64,000 bases of DNA, taken from the IMG/VR virus record IMGVR_UViG_3300036768_000279, positions 32,001 through 96,000 of that record; one strand, given 5' to 3'. The notes under the pieces were generated by a model that was given only the letters and a program-made list of their open reading frames with translations, made no database searches and was not told where the DNA came from. This document shows, piece by piece, positions 37,649 through 47,918 of the stretch. Within the stretch, counting starts at the first letter, position 1; each line of letters begins with the position of its first letter. Both the position numbers and the translations under genes were made by a program. The stretch comes from a virus.

Positions 37649-38226
37649 TGATGGCACGAATCTCAAAAGACTGGGTTGACGCATATTTTGCGTATGGCGT
37701 TGACGTTGCTAATCGCAAGGTATTTTTGTTTGATGATGTTGACTCCAATAGCATTGGTGCCGTCATTAAGGGACTTTACTTGATGGAGGCACAAACCGAC
37801 AAGAAGCCGATCGAACTTTTTGTAGGATCTTTTGGTGGCTCCGAGTATGACATGTTCGCCCTGTATGACGTATGTCGCACTCTCGTCAGTCCTATTCATA
37901 CGACGGCTATTGGCAAGTGCATGTCTGCTGCACCATTGCTTGTTGCTGGTGGCGAAGAAGGACATCGTTATGCTACTCCCAATACCATGTTCATGGTACA
38001 CGAAGCATGGGAAGACTTCGGTGCCAAGCGTATGGATGAACTAAAGATCGATCTCAAGCACTATGATGAATTGGCGTATCGCTGGGGCAAGCTTATGGAG
38101 AAGCACAGCAAGAAGTCATCTAAGTTTTGGTTAGATCTTTGCAAAAAGGCTGGCGACACTTACTTCAATGCCGAAAAGGCTTTGGAGTGGGGATTGATCG
38201 ATCATATCTGGGATGAAAAGGAATGA
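37648..38226 (+). CDS. clpP: ClpP-like protease subunit
   Basis: SFGGS, IGKCMSAA (Ser), FMVHE (His), DTYFNAEKALEWGLIDHI (Asp). Confidence 0.88.
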   Translation: MMARISKDWVDAYFAYGVDVANRKVFLFDDVDSNSIGAVIKGLYLMEAQTDKKPIELFVGSFGGSEYDMFALYDVCRTLVSPIHTTAIGKCMSAAPLLVAGGEEGHRYATPNTMFMVHEAWEDFGAKRMDELKIDLKHYDELAYRWGKLMEKHSKKSSKFWLDLCKKAGDTYFNAEKALEWGLIDHIWDEKE

Positions 38227-38227
38227 T

Positions 38228-38911
38228 ATGGCTAAATCATTGGTACGCATTATTTGTTGGAAGCGTTCACACGTTACCGAATTGGCTATGAACAAGGCTC
38301 AAGAGCAAAAACTTGAGTCTGACATTCCCAAGATGAAGAAGGTCTGTCCAGATTGTAAGCCAGAAAATTGTTCCATCACGATCGTGAATGGTGCTACCGT
38401 CTTCAATCCATCAAAGGCATATCGTTGTGAGCGAGGTCATTTGAGCCTAATCGCTCCGTTAGGTGATCAACTAAACATCTGTTTTGGGCCAGATCGCGAG
38501 GAGTGCGTAAACATTTCCGGTTCGCTGTCTGACTTGCCGAATCTGATTGACACAGGGGACATTGCTTGTAATCATGTAGTGGATGGAAAGCCATGCGACT
38601 GTAAGCTTACGCCTATCGACAACTTCCAGTTGAGCTATCCTTCCGCTCCCGCCATCAAAACTAGAATGCGAATCGGCGATTTGTGGGATCGTCACGGCAT
38701 TGAGCCCGTACGTTCGGGCAACTATGACGGACAAGGTGGCTACAACGAGAGCCGCAGCCAGAAAGCCCACAAGGAGCGTTTGGCACGCATGGCAAGACGA
38801 CGCAATATTTCAAAGGATCGCCAGCCGGGCAAGGTGATCAACAAGGCCACGAAGACGGATTATGGACGCCGCGACAAATCGTCCGTAAATCCAGACAGAC
38901 TAGTCGAATGA
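38228..38911 (+). CDS. Cys-rich hypothetical protein
   Basis: CPDC, YRCERGH, C.H.....PCDC; basic C-terminus. Confidence 0.6.
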   Translation: MAKSLVRIICWKRSHVTELAMNKAQEQKLESDIPKMKKVCPDCKPENCSITIVNGATVFNPSKAYRCERGHLSLIAPLGDQLNICFGPDREECVNISGSLSDLPNLIDTGDIACNHVVDGKPCDCKLTPIDNFQLSYPSAPAIKTRMRIGDLWDRHGIEPVRSGNYDGQGGYNESRSQKAHKERLARMARRRNISKDRQPGKVINKATKTDYGRRDKSSVNPDRLVE

Positions 38912-41900
38912 ACTTCACACATCTAAGCGTTCATTCTAAAGCGTCGATGCTATATGGATCGGCGAACGTCAATGACATCATCAAGCGTGTCAAGGAATTG
39001 GGGCAAACATCTGTCGCTTTGACGGACTACTCCAATCTCTTCAATGCTATTGAGTTCTATAAACAAGCCAAGGCCGCCGGTATCAAGCCCATTTTGGGCG
39101 TTGATGTCTTCTTCTGTGAAGATGCTGAGCAACTACGCATCCAAAAGGTACGTCAGGTTTCCCACCTGATCTTGTTGGCGGAGACGGACGCTGGATGGAA
39201 GAACATTGCTCGTATTGTTTCAGAAGCAAACAATGAGGTCAATTACTACTACAATCCTCGCGTTGATTTCAAGCTTCTCGAAAAGTACAAAGAGGGTGTC
39301 ATTTGCTTGACGGGTGGCAGTCTTGATGGCGTGATCGCGAAGCACCTGTACGACAAGCCTACAGAAGACGGCACGGGCGTTGAGCCTGCCGCTATCTTCA
39401 AGGCAGAAGGTCTGGTGCGTCGCTTCTTGAAGATTTATGGACCATCCAACTTCTTCTTGGAAGTTCAGTTTACTGGACTGTCTCAGCAAGAACAGATCAA
39501 TGCTCGCTTGCGTGCCATAGCACTCAAGTATGGTATTCGCACTGTTGCAACTGGCAATGTTCACTACGTGCATCAGCATGATGCCGAGTCTCACAAGACA
39601 CTGCTTGCTATGAGCGAGAATGCCTATAGCAAATTGACTTACACAGATTTCTCTCATGAGGAATACTATATCAAGTCTCGTGAGCAACTGCTTGCAGCCG
39701 GTTTGCAAGAAGCAGAACTTGACATCACGAATGAAATTGCCGCACGTTGTAATGTCAATATCGACATTAGTAAGCGTCGTTTACCCAAGTACGCCTTTGT
39801 CCCCGAAGGCAAAACGTCTGACGAATACTTGGCTGAGCTAGCCAACGATGGTTTGTCACGTCTTCCTAAGGTCGCTGGATCCGACCAAGAATATCAAGAC
39901 CGTCTTGATCGCGAACTAAACGACATTCGCGAAATGGGATTCTCTGATTACTTTCTGATCGTTCACGACGTGATTTCATGGGTGCGTAGCAAAGAGATTC
40001 TGCTAGGACGTGGGCGTGGTTCCGCTGGTGGCAGCTTGGTGAGCTACGCACTGGGAATTACAGAGATTGACCCGCTACAGTACGGCCTTATTTGGGAACG
40101 CTTCCTTAACAAGGGACGTGGCGGGTTGCCAGACATCGATACGGACGTTCCGCGTTCCAAGCGTCAAAAGGTTTTGGAGTACATCCGCAACCGTTTCGGT
40201 GCTGGCAACGTTGCACAGCTTGTAACGTTCAATGGTCTACAGGCCAGGGCCGTTCTCAAGGAAGTGTTCCGCGTCTACAATATGCCGTTCGATGAGGCGA
40301 ATAAGATTACGGCACTGGTGCCAGCTAAGAACGACGAGCACGTAGCTATCTCTCTAGATGAAGCTATTGAGTCAGTCAAGGAACTCAAGGAATACTCCGA
40401 GAAATACAAGCCGTGGTTCACGATTGCCCGTGCTCTTGAAGGCTGTTACAAGTCAACCGGCATACACGCGGCTGCTGTAGTTATCTCTGACGTGCCGTTT
40501 GCAGACAGTGCATATCCTCTTACTCGTTCCAAGGACGGCGACCTCATCTTTGGATGGGATATGAATACTGTTGATGCTCTCAGTTTGCTCAAGCTCGACA
40601 TTCTGGGACTCAATACGCTTGACGACATTCAAGTCACTATGGATTTGGTCAAGGCACGTCGCAAGATTGAAATCTCACGCCAAAGTGTGCCGCTTGACGA
40701 TCCGTTGACTTACGCCATGATTGGTCAAGGTTTTACGGTTGGCGTTTTCCAGATCGAAAAGCAGCTTGGTCGTACGTGGAGCAAGAATCTTAAACCCGAG
40801 AATATTGACCAGCTTTCCGACTTGGTATCTCTGATTAGACCAGGGCCTATGGAAAGCGGCATGCATACGCAATACCGTGACGTAAAGATGAGGGGTGCTG
40901 AGCCAACCTACATTCATCCTTCTCTTGAACCGATTCTCAAGAATACATATTCGGGTTTGTTGTATCAGGAACAGGTTATTGAAATCTGTCGTGTACTTGC
41001 TGGCATGTCTCTTATTGATGCCGACAAGGTACGTAAAGCCATGGGCAAGAAGAAGCCCGAAGAAATGAAGAAGTGGCAAGAAGTGTTCACTTCTGGCTGT
41101 AGCAAGAATGGGATTGATCCAGATATCGCATTGTCGATCTGGAGCTATATTGACAAGTTTGCTGGCTATGGCTTCAATAAGTCACACGGCGTTGGTTACG
41201 CCTTGATGGCGTACGAAACAGCTTATCTAAAGGCAAACTATCCGGTTGAATTCTTGTGTGCAAAACTCACAAACTCCGATGGCGAAGCCGAGAAACTGAG
41301 CAGTTTAGTTTATGACGCCAAGCTATTCAACATTGAAGTTACGCCTCCTCGTGTTACGCACGCCAACAAAGACTTCGATGTTGTGACGGACAATCATATT
41401 GCGTTCGGGCTCACGGCCCTTAAGGGCGTTGGCGTTGCAGCCGTTTCCGACATGATCAAGATGTCCAAAGGACTCAAGACATTCGATGAGATCATTTGGA
41501 AGTGGGCAACAACTAAGAGCAAGGTAACAAGTGCTACCATGATGGCGTTCATCAAGGGTGGAGCTTTTGATGACGTTCAAGAACATCGTGTACGCGGCGT
41601 TGCTCGATTGAAGTTGCTCGACAGTCTTACTGACAAGGAACGCGAAAGTATTACACACCTACGTCGAATCGAAACAGACATTACAGACTGGGTGCGTTTC
41701 GTGCGTTCGCTTGCTGACGATGCTAAAGTCGATCAGATTAAAGAGAAGTATGGCGTAGCCATTCCAAATGTGCGTCGTCGTACTACGATTAGAGAACTCC
41801 TACAGGAGTATGATGCTGGAGAACTGTTTGACAGTAAGGCACAGCGTATTGCCTGGGAACAATTCTATCTAGGCATCTCTCTCAGCGGTAGCGAAGCTGA

Positions 41901-42195
41901 CATCTACAAGGCACGCCACAAATGCGTGGACCTCGTAAAAGGTGCTTCCGCTGGCATGACTTTTGAAATTGCCGTATGCATTGATGGCGTTCGAGAGATC
42001 ACCACTAAGAAGGGCGACGCTATGGCCTTCTTGACGGCTCGCGATAACACCTATCAGATGGACAACATTGTTGTCTTCCCGAGAACCTTTGCGGCATGCA
42101 AGGGGCTTTTGGAGTCTGGTAACGTCATTCGGATTAAAGGCAAAGTCGATGATCGTGGATCGTTGATTGCCGACGTTGTGGAAAGACTTAAATGA
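38908..42195 (+). CDS. dnaE: DNA polymerase III alpha subunit
   Basis: PHP domain, GRGSAGGSLVSYALGIT, PDIDTD, GIHAAAVVI, KLDILGL, FAGYGFNKSH, OB domain TKKGDAMAF. Confidence 0.96.
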   Translation: MNFTHLSVHSKASMLYGSANVNDIIKRVKELGQTSVALTDYSNLFNAIEFYKQAKAAGIKPILGVDVFFCEDAEQLRIQKVRQVSHLILLAETDAGWKNIARIVSEANNEVNYYYNPRVDFKLLEKYKEGVICLTGGSLDGVIAKHLYDKPTEDGTGVEPAAIFKAEGLVRRFLKIYGPSNFFLEVQFTGLSQQEQINARLRAIALKYGIRTVATGNVHYVHQHDAESHKTLLAMSENAYSKLTYTDFSHEEYYIKSREQLLAAGLQEAELDITNEIAARCNVNIDISKRRLPKYAFVPEGKTSDEYLAELANDGLSRLPKVAGSDQEYQDRLDRELNDIREMGFSDYFLIVHDVISWVRSKEILLGRGRGSAGGSLVSYALGITEIDPLQYGLIWERFLNKGRGGLPDIDTDVPRSKRQKVLEYIRNRFGAGNVAQLVTFNGLQARAVLKEVFRVYNMPFDEANKITALVPAKNDEHVAISLDEAIESVKELKEYSEKYKPWFTIARALEGCYKSTGIHAAAVVISDVPFADSAYPLTRSKDGDLIFGWDMNTVDALSLLKLDILGLNTLDDIQVTMDLVKARRKIEISRQSVPLDDPLTYAMIGQGFTVGVFQIEKQLGRTWSKNLKPENIDQLSDLVSLIRPGPMESGMHTQYRDVKMRGAEPTYIHPSLEPILKNTYSGLLYQEQVIEICRVLAGMSLIDADKVRKAMGKKKPEEMKKWQEVFTSGCSKNGIDPDIALSIWSYIDKFAGYGFNKSHGVGYALMAYETAYLKANYPVEFLCAKLTNSDGEAEKLSSLVYDAKLFNIEVTPPRVTHANKDFDVVTDNHIAFGLTALKGVGVAAVSDMIKMSKGLKTFDEIIWKWATTKSKVTSATMMAFIKGGAFDDVQEHRVRGVARLKLLDSLTDKERESITHLRRIETDITDWVRFVRSLADDAKVDQIKEKYGVAIPNVRRRTTIRELLQEYDAGELFDSKAQRIAWEQFYLGISLSGSEADIYKARHKCVDLVKGASAGMTFEIAVCIDGVREITTKKGDAMAFLTARDNTYQMDNIVVFPRTFAACKGLLESGNVIRIKGKVDDRGSLIADVVERLK

Positions 42196-42407
42196 ACTAC
42201 GAATACGACTTTCACGACATTGGTCTAACTGAGGATCAGCGTCGGCTTGTTGACCTTGGAATGGTCAAGGTTGAGGACATCAGTGCCCGAATCAAAGAAA
42301 TCGTGAACGAACGGGCTAAGCAAGGATGGGAACCGCTCTACCCATTCACTGTGCCACTTCTGTGGTTCAGACGCATTCCTCCTACTCAAAAACGTAAAAT
42401 TCGCTGA
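42192..42407 (+). CDS. Small hypothetical protein
   Basis: 71 aa, NERAKQGWE motif, ATGA overlap. Confidence 0.6.
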   Translation: MNYEYDFHDIGLTEDQRRLVDLGMVKVEDISARIKEIVNERAKQGWEPLYPFTVPLLWFRRIPPTQKRKIR

Positions 42408-42433
42408 CAGTCTAGTCAGTCGGTGTCATCATA

Positions 42434-42799
42434 ATGTTTGACTATGCAACGGTCCATATGCTTGGACGGGCTACTGGCGAAGCAGCCTTTTCAAGATCGG
42501 AAGATGGTCGCATTGTGAAGGCTGTATTCACAATAGCGTGTAACGTACCAATACAGCGTAACAACGAAAAGATCGCCAAGACTATCTATCGTACAGTCAT
42601 GGTGATCGGATCATATGCCAACTACGTAAGCAAGTGCCAAGAAGAGGACGGCCTCAAGGGACGCTTGATAAGCGTTGTTGGAATCATGGATGACGAAAAG
42701 TATACGGAAAATGGCGTCGATCGATACCGAGAAGTTACTCGCGTGTCACCAAGCGGATTCATCAAGATCATGGACCGGAGGGTGAGACATGATGGTTGA
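42434..42799 (+). CDS. ssb: Single-stranded DNA-binding protein (OB fold, no acidic tail)
   Basis: VHMLGRAT...FTIACN...KGRLISVVG....EKY...G..RY. Confidence 0.7.
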   Translation: MFDYATVHMLGRATGEAAFSRSEDGRIVKAVFTIACNVPIQRNNEKIAKTIYRTVMVIGSYANYVSKCQEEDGLKGRLISVVGIMDDEKYTENGVDRYREVTRVSPSGFIKIMDRRVRHDG

Positions 42800-43448
42800 T
42801 GTTCCCGACGATGCCGTAGCTCAGGTTCTCGAACAGTATCATCCGTTCGTGCGGCACATTGCAAAACGTGCCTGTCATTCCTCTTCTGCCCTAGACATCA
42901 ATGACCTGTATCAGGTTGGTGACATGGCAGTATTAAGAGCCGTTCGTGCTTATGATCCGTCTTCTGGCCGCAACATCAAGTCGTTTGTTACGAATTCAAT
43001 TCGTAATGCTATCTTCAATGAAGCCGCTCGTTTTCTCGGCGTTCTGACTGTCGATTTCAGAACTACAAATTTGGCATCTATGGCGTCTAAGATGCACGAA
43101 AAGGGAAAGAGCGATGAAGAAATCGCTACGGCTCTGACAGAGAAGTATGGACGCAATTTCGACGCTGCACATGCCCGTGATCTACGCATCACGTACAATC
43201 GCAGACATTACTCTCAAGTCCAAGAAGACCTTGCTATGGAAGGCATTGAAAATGACTTGTCCATCAAAGATCTCCTAGATAGCGTCGTCAAAGACGAAGC
43301 GGATCGTATTATCCTTGACAGACGCATTTTTGGCGGCTGCTCTATTGAGCAGATTGTTGCCATTCTTCACATTTCAAGAAAGGCTGTTTCCAAGAAGGAA
43401 GCATGTCTTAAGACAAGAATCAAGCGAGCCCTTGAGGACGCGGCATGA
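42789..43448 (+). CDS. RNA polymerase sigma-70 family factor
   Basis: Region 2 DINDLYQVGDMAVLRAVRAYDPSSGRNIKSFVTNSIRNAI; region 4 HTH SIEQIVAILHISRKAVSKKE. Confidence 0.85.
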   Translation: MMVDVPDDAVAQVLEQYHPFVRHIAKRACHSSSALDINDLYQVGDMAVLRAVRAYDPSSGRNIKSFVTNSIRNAIFNEAARFLGVLTVDFRTTNLASMASKMHEKGKSDEEIATALTEKYGRNFDAAHARDLRITYNRRHYSQVQEDLAMEGIENDLSIKDLLDSVVKDEADRIILDRRIFGGCSIEQIVAILHISRKAVSKKEACLKTRIKRALEDAA

Positions 43449-45253
43449 CATACAAGAAGAGAATCCTATTTGTTGGCGAAGCCAGCTTTCTGAACACTGG
43501 TTTTTCAACATACTATCGTGAGCTATTGCCTCGTTTGGCTGCGACCGGCAAATACGAGATTGCTGAACTTGGCTCATACGCCCGTCAAGATGATCCTCGC
43601 GTGAAGGAATTCATTGCTGGTCGTTGGCGTTTTTACGGCGTTATGCCGATGACCGAGGAAGAGAATCGGGTGTTCCAGCAGCCTAATCCTCATCCGCGAA
43701 CTCGCGGTCAGAATACGAATCAATTCGGCGAGTATCGTTTTGCTCACGCTGTGGCCGATTTTAAGCCAGACATCGTGATCGACATTCGTGACTGGTGGAT
43801 GTTGGAATTCCAGGAACGCAACGTCTTTCGTCCATGGTACAAGTGGATTGTGATGCCTACAGTAGACGCCGAGCCCCAACAGGAAGAGTGGGTGCAGACG
43901 TACGAGAACGCCAATATGGTGTTGGCATATTCTGACTATGGCATTCATACTCTACGTCGTCAGTCGTCGCTGACCCCAACCGGCAAGCGTGCGATGAAGA
44001 TCTTCCCCAAGCCGATGCGTCCCGGCGTAGACATTAACTCTTTCAAGCCAGTGGACAAGAAGACGATCCGTGAGCACTGGAATTTGGCCGCTGACATTCC
44101 TATCATTGGAACTGTTATGCGTAACCAGAGTCGCAAGCTATATCCTGATTTGATTGACGCTTTTGCGTTGATGAAGAACAAGTACAAGGGAGAGCCGCAA
44201 GTAGACAAGGCCGTGCTCATGATTCACTCATGCTGGCCGGATAACGTCTATTCGTACGACTACCCACGCCACATTTTCCGTCTGGAACGTTACGACTGGA
44301 TGCCGAATCACAAGAAGGGTATCCGTGGAGACATTCTGCAATCACTGTACTGCTATGCTTGCAAGCAGGCGTCTATGACGTTTGCCGCCAATCTGTGGGG
44401 ACGCCCTATTCAGGAGGGTCGCATCAAGATGCCGTGCTCATATTGTGGAGCGACCGAAGCTTCGCCGCCGAACACAAGCATGGGCTTTGATCGTGATGCT
44501 TTGGCTAAGCTGTACAACCTCATGGATCTCTATGTGCAGTGCTCTATCTGCGAAGGCGACGGGATGCCGATTCAGGAAGCCAAGGCTTGCGGCGTGCCCA
44601 CACTCGTAGTCGATTACACGGCCATGCGAGAGAAGGGACGCTACCCCGATTATTCTCATTTCGAGGAGTCTGGTATCAATGAACGCAATTACACTTGCCA
44701 CAAGGGCGGTGATGTAATCAACGTTGGTCGTTACTACTATGAACCTGAAACGTCATGTAAGCGAGCATTGCCTGACATTGCGGACCTTGCACGCAAGATG
44801 CGTAACATGATCAACGACCCAGAGCGTTTGAAGCAACTTGGTCGAGAGGCACGAGAATGTGTTGAGGCTAACTACGACTGGGATAAGTTGTGGCATCAGT
44901 GGGAATACGTACTCGATAACGTCAAGATTCTTGATCGTAACGATACATGGGATCGTCCCATCGCTCAAATTGACGATGTTCACGCCGTGCCTGTTCCGGC
45001 TAACTTGAGCGACGAGCAATACGTTCATTGGTTGTATTTGAACGTTCTCAAGTATCCGTCCGTTGATACGGAAGGTGCCAAGATGTGGATTTCGCACCTA
45101 CAACAGGGCGTGACACGCGATCAGTTGATGCAGCAGTTTGTTGCTATTGGTAATCAACAATCTAGTGCTAGCAAGATTCGCGATCAGATTCGTCTAGAGG
45201 TCGGCGGCAAGTTGGCGTCTCAGCCCGCGAAGAAGACTCAGGAGTTCGTATGA
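43445..45253 (+). CDS. GT-B (GT4-like) glycosyltransferase with Zn-ribbon insert and DUF4214-like C-terminus
   Basis: TGFS, VMRNQSRK, LYNLMDLYV.CS.CEGDGMPIQEAKACGVP, YDWD; C-terminal LSDEQYVHWLYLNVL...D.EG...W...L..G.TR. Confidence 0.85.
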   Translation: MTYKKRILFVGEASFLNTGFSTYYRELLPRLAATGKYEIAELGSYARQDDPRVKEFIAGRWRFYGVMPMTEEENRVFQQPNPHPRTRGQNTNQFGEYRFAHAVADFKPDIVIDIRDWWMLEFQERNVFRPWYKWIVMPTVDAEPQQEEWVQTYENANMVLAYSDYGIHTLRRQSSLTPTGKRAMKIFPKPMRPGVDINSFKPVDKKTIREHWNLAADIPIIGTVMRNQSRKLYPDLIDAFALMKNKYKGEPQVDKAVLMIHSCWPDNVYSYDYPRHIFRLERYDWMPNHKKGIRGDILQSLYCYACKQASMTFAANLWGRPIQEGRIKMPCSYCGATEASPPNTSMGFDRDALAKLYNLMDLYVQCSICEGDGMPIQEAKACGVPTLVVDYTAMREKGRYPDYSHFEESGINERNYTCHKGGDVINVGRYYYEPETSCKRALPDIADLARKMRNMINDPERLKQLGREARECVEANYDWDKLWHQWEYVLDNVKILDRNDTWDRPIAQIDDVHAVPVPANLSDEQYVHWLYLNVLKYPSVDTEGAKMWISHLQQGVTRDQLMQQFVAIGNQQSSASKIRDQIRLEVGGKLASQPAKKTQEFV

Positions 45254-46509
45254 AGCTATTGTTCACCGGCCCCCTTCTAGACTTCTCTGGATTCGCTCAT
45301 GCGTCACGCATTTTCTTGCGTACACTTGTGCAGGATTCGAATATGGAAGTTGTGGCTCGTGCCCTCAAGTATGATCAGCTAGATGCTGGACAGAGGTTCG
45401 TTCCAGAGTCTTGGCTTACTAAGGCTCTAGAGCGGGACTTGCAGGGCGTTGATATGGCCATTCAAATGACGACGTGTAATGTTGAGGCCGTGCCTATTCC
45501 AGGCATTCTGAATGGCCTATACACGTTTCTTGAGAGTAGCCACATGCAACTTTCTTGGGTTGCGAAGGCTAATGAATTCGACTTCCTCATGGTGCCCTCC
45601 AAAGCCAATGGCGAAGCTATGTTGAATTCTGGCGTAACGAAGCCAATCATCGTATGCGGTCTTCCTTGTGATGCGGACGTTTACGCAAAGGAATATGAGC
45701 CGTACGTTCTTGAGAACGCTGGAGATCGTACGATCTTCTACAACATCTGCCAACTGAGCAATAAGAAGGGCATTGATGCACTCTTGCGTGCTTATTATGC
45801 TGGCTTCTGGGATAGCCCAGATGAGGTTTTGCTAGTTCTGAAAACCTACATTCAGATGTCTAATCGTTCCAACGAATTGGAGCAAGTGAAACGATACATT
45901 CAGAACATCCGTGAGCGTTGTCGTATTCCTGTGTCGCGTTTCCCACCAGTGTTGCCTCTCGTTTTTACTATGAGCGATACAGAGATTAATGGTCTGCATA
46001 CTCGCGGAGACGCCTACGTCTGTTCTTCGCGTGCAGAGGGATGGGGCATTCCCGTCTTTGACGCACTTGGTTTTGGCAAAACTGTCATCACCAATTCCGC
46101 TGGCGGCATGGGCGATTTCGTGACACGCGATAATGCCCTGGTGTATGGCGGTATGCCAACTTACTTCTTTGACATGCCACACGGAGATCCTGGTTTGTAC
46201 ACGGGTGTCGAACAGTGTTTCGAGCCGTGTATTCCAGAAATGGCTATGGTCATGCGTAACTTCCACTTGCTCCGTAAGGGCAACAAGGAAGGCGTACTGG
46301 ACGCTGGCAATAAAGAACAGTGGGAGGCGGTCCTGACGCGACGCAACAACGCCAAGCTCGTTGGACAGAAGTACGACTATCGTCGTATCTCTCCAATTAT
46401 CACAACTCAACTACATTCTCTTCTCAAGATCTGGAAACAGACAGGAACGATCGTATTCAATGAAGCCGTCCAAGAAAGTAGCGAAGCTCAATCTTCGTCC
46501 GTGTCTTGA
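45250..46509 (+). CDS. GT4-like glycosyltransferase
   Basis: SGFAHASR, KKGIDALLRAY, DAYVCSSRAEGWGIPVFDALGFGKTVI. Confidence 0.88.
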   Translation: MKLLFTGPLLDFSGFAHASRIFLRTLVQDSNMEVVARALKYDQLDAGQRFVPESWLTKALERDLQGVDMAIQMTTCNVEAVPIPGILNGLYTFLESSHMQLSWVAKANEFDFLMVPSKANGEAMLNSGVTKPIIVCGLPCDADVYAKEYEPYVLENAGDRTIFYNICQLSNKKGIDALLRAYYAGFWDSPDEVLLVLKTYIQMSNRSNELEQVKRYIQNIRERCRIPVSRFPPVLPLVFTMSDTEINGLHTRGDAYVCSSRAEGWGIPVFDALGFGKTVITNSAGGMGDFVTRDNALVYGGMPTYFFDMPHGDPGLYTGVEQCFEPCIPEMAMVMRNFHLLRKGNKEGVLDAGNKEQWEAVLTRRNNAKLVGQKYDYRRISPIITTQLHSLLKIWKQTGTIVFNEAVQESSEAQSSSVS

Positions 46510-46816
46510 GAACGAAATGCGGATTGCACGTCCGCAACTCGGTCAAAAGGCAGATTACGGAGGGGGTCGCACAGCGGCCATCCATCTGTTCTGTTTGTCA
46601 TGTATGGGCGGCAACCGCTCAGACGTTGTAGCTTGTAAGTCTTATTCGTGTCCGCTATGGCAGTTTAGACCGGGCGGAAAGAAAGGTGTTCAGCCTCCTG
46701 GTATTCCAACCGCTGAACAATACAAAACATTGATCAATGCCAAGGTCAGCGACAAGCAGCGTGAAGCTGGACGTAGATTGCGTGAAGGCGATGACGGTGG
46801 TGGGGGCGTACAATGA
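46460..46816 (+). CDS. Small Cys-rich hypothetical protein
   Basis: AIHLFCLSCMGG...V..C....CPLWQFR. Confidence 0.6.
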   Translation: MKPSKKVAKLNLRPCLENEMRIARPQLGQKADYGGGRTAAIHLFCLSCMGGNRSDVVACKSYSCPLWQFRPGGKKGVQPPGIPTAEQYKTLINAKVSDKQREAGRRLREGDDGGGGVQ

Positions 46817-47820
46817 ATCAGATGTACTATGAACCTCAAATGAAGTCGATTGCGGAGCGAGTGAATCGCAAGCCGCGTCTGGTGCAATGCATTCAGATGT
46901 TGAACGAAGAAGAATTTGCACCACTCGTCTTGCGTTCCATTTACGATCAGGTTGATAGGATTCTCGTGATTGAGGGAGCGGTGCAAAATAATCCGAGATC
47001 TACTCCAGACGGACATTCGATCGATAAGACACGTGAAGTCCTAGCGGACTTCAAGGCGAATCATGACCACAAGAAGAAGATTGTAGTTATTTCCATCAAC
47101 AAGCATTGGAAAAACTTGGAGGAAATGAAGCAGACGTTCTTGGACATGTCTATGCCGGGCGACTGGATATTGATCAATGATGCGGACGAAATTTATCGCC
47201 CGGAAGATATTGAACGTCTTCGCAGGGCTATTGAATTGAATCCTACGGCCTGTGAATTTGTGCCGAACTTCCTGCATTTCTATCGTGATTTCAGTCACGT
47301 TGCCGTGCCCGGACCTGAATGGCAGCCACAGCATCAACGTGTTTTCAAATATGTTCGTGGCATGAAGTACAATAGTCATCCAGTTGTGACAGATCCGGCT
47401 GGACACTGTACTTATTTCTCGCCGCACTATCAGCATCGTAGAGTCATGCTGAACGACTTCTTCATCTATCACTATGGCTACGCTCGTAGTAACATGGATG
47501 AAATCATGAAAGCTAAACAAGAATACTATGAGAAGGAATTGGCTACACACGGTGGAGCCAACAAGAAGTTCGACCAGAAGGTTAAGGATTGGTTTGCTGG
47601 CACAGAGCCGGTTCTGTATTTTGACGGTCAACATCCTGCGGTTATGGATAAGCAAAGCGTTAATGTTCAGGTTCCGCGAAAGCCACATGAGCGTACGTGG
47701 CGTGATGATCCCTTCTACAGCAAGGTACTTGCTGGTGAGGAATATGGCAATATTTGGTTGTGTATGACTCGTCAGTCTGTGCCACACATGCATCATTATC
47801 ACAACGGAATGAAGGTCTAA
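46813..47820 (+). CDS. GT-A (GT2-like) glycosyltransferase
   Basis: NEEEF...LRSI...VD.I.VIEG, S.D.T, WILINDADE, IYHYGYA. Confidence 0.85.
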   Translation: MNQMYYEPQMKSIAERVNRKPRLVQCIQMLNEEEFAPLVLRSIYDQVDRILVIEGAVQNNPRSTPDGHSIDKTREVLADFKANHDHKKKIVVISINKHWKNLEEMKQTFLDMSMPGDWILINDADEIYRPEDIERLRRAIELNPTACEFVPNFLHFYRDFSHVAVPGPEWQPQHQRVFKYVRGMKYNSHPVVTDPAGHCTYFSPHYQHRRVMLNDFFIYHYGYARSNMDEIMKAKQEYYEKELATHGGANKKFDQKVKDWFAGTEPVLYFDGQHPAVMDKQSVNVQVPRKPHERTWRDDPFYSKVLAGEEYGNIWLCMTRQSVPHMHHYHNGMKV

Positions 47821-47918
47821 TCATGCTATTACAATGCACGAAAACGACCCAGAGCATAGTCCGTTCAAGACGCTGACTTCAATTCTCTCGACTCCAAAAC
47901 ACGCAGACAGTATTTTGA

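Noticed and set aside
32378-42195. Inteins or group I introns in recA, dnaB or dnaE; HEGs as intron-encoded
   Set aside because: These proteins have normal lengths with contiguous motifs, and the HEGs sit between complete genes.
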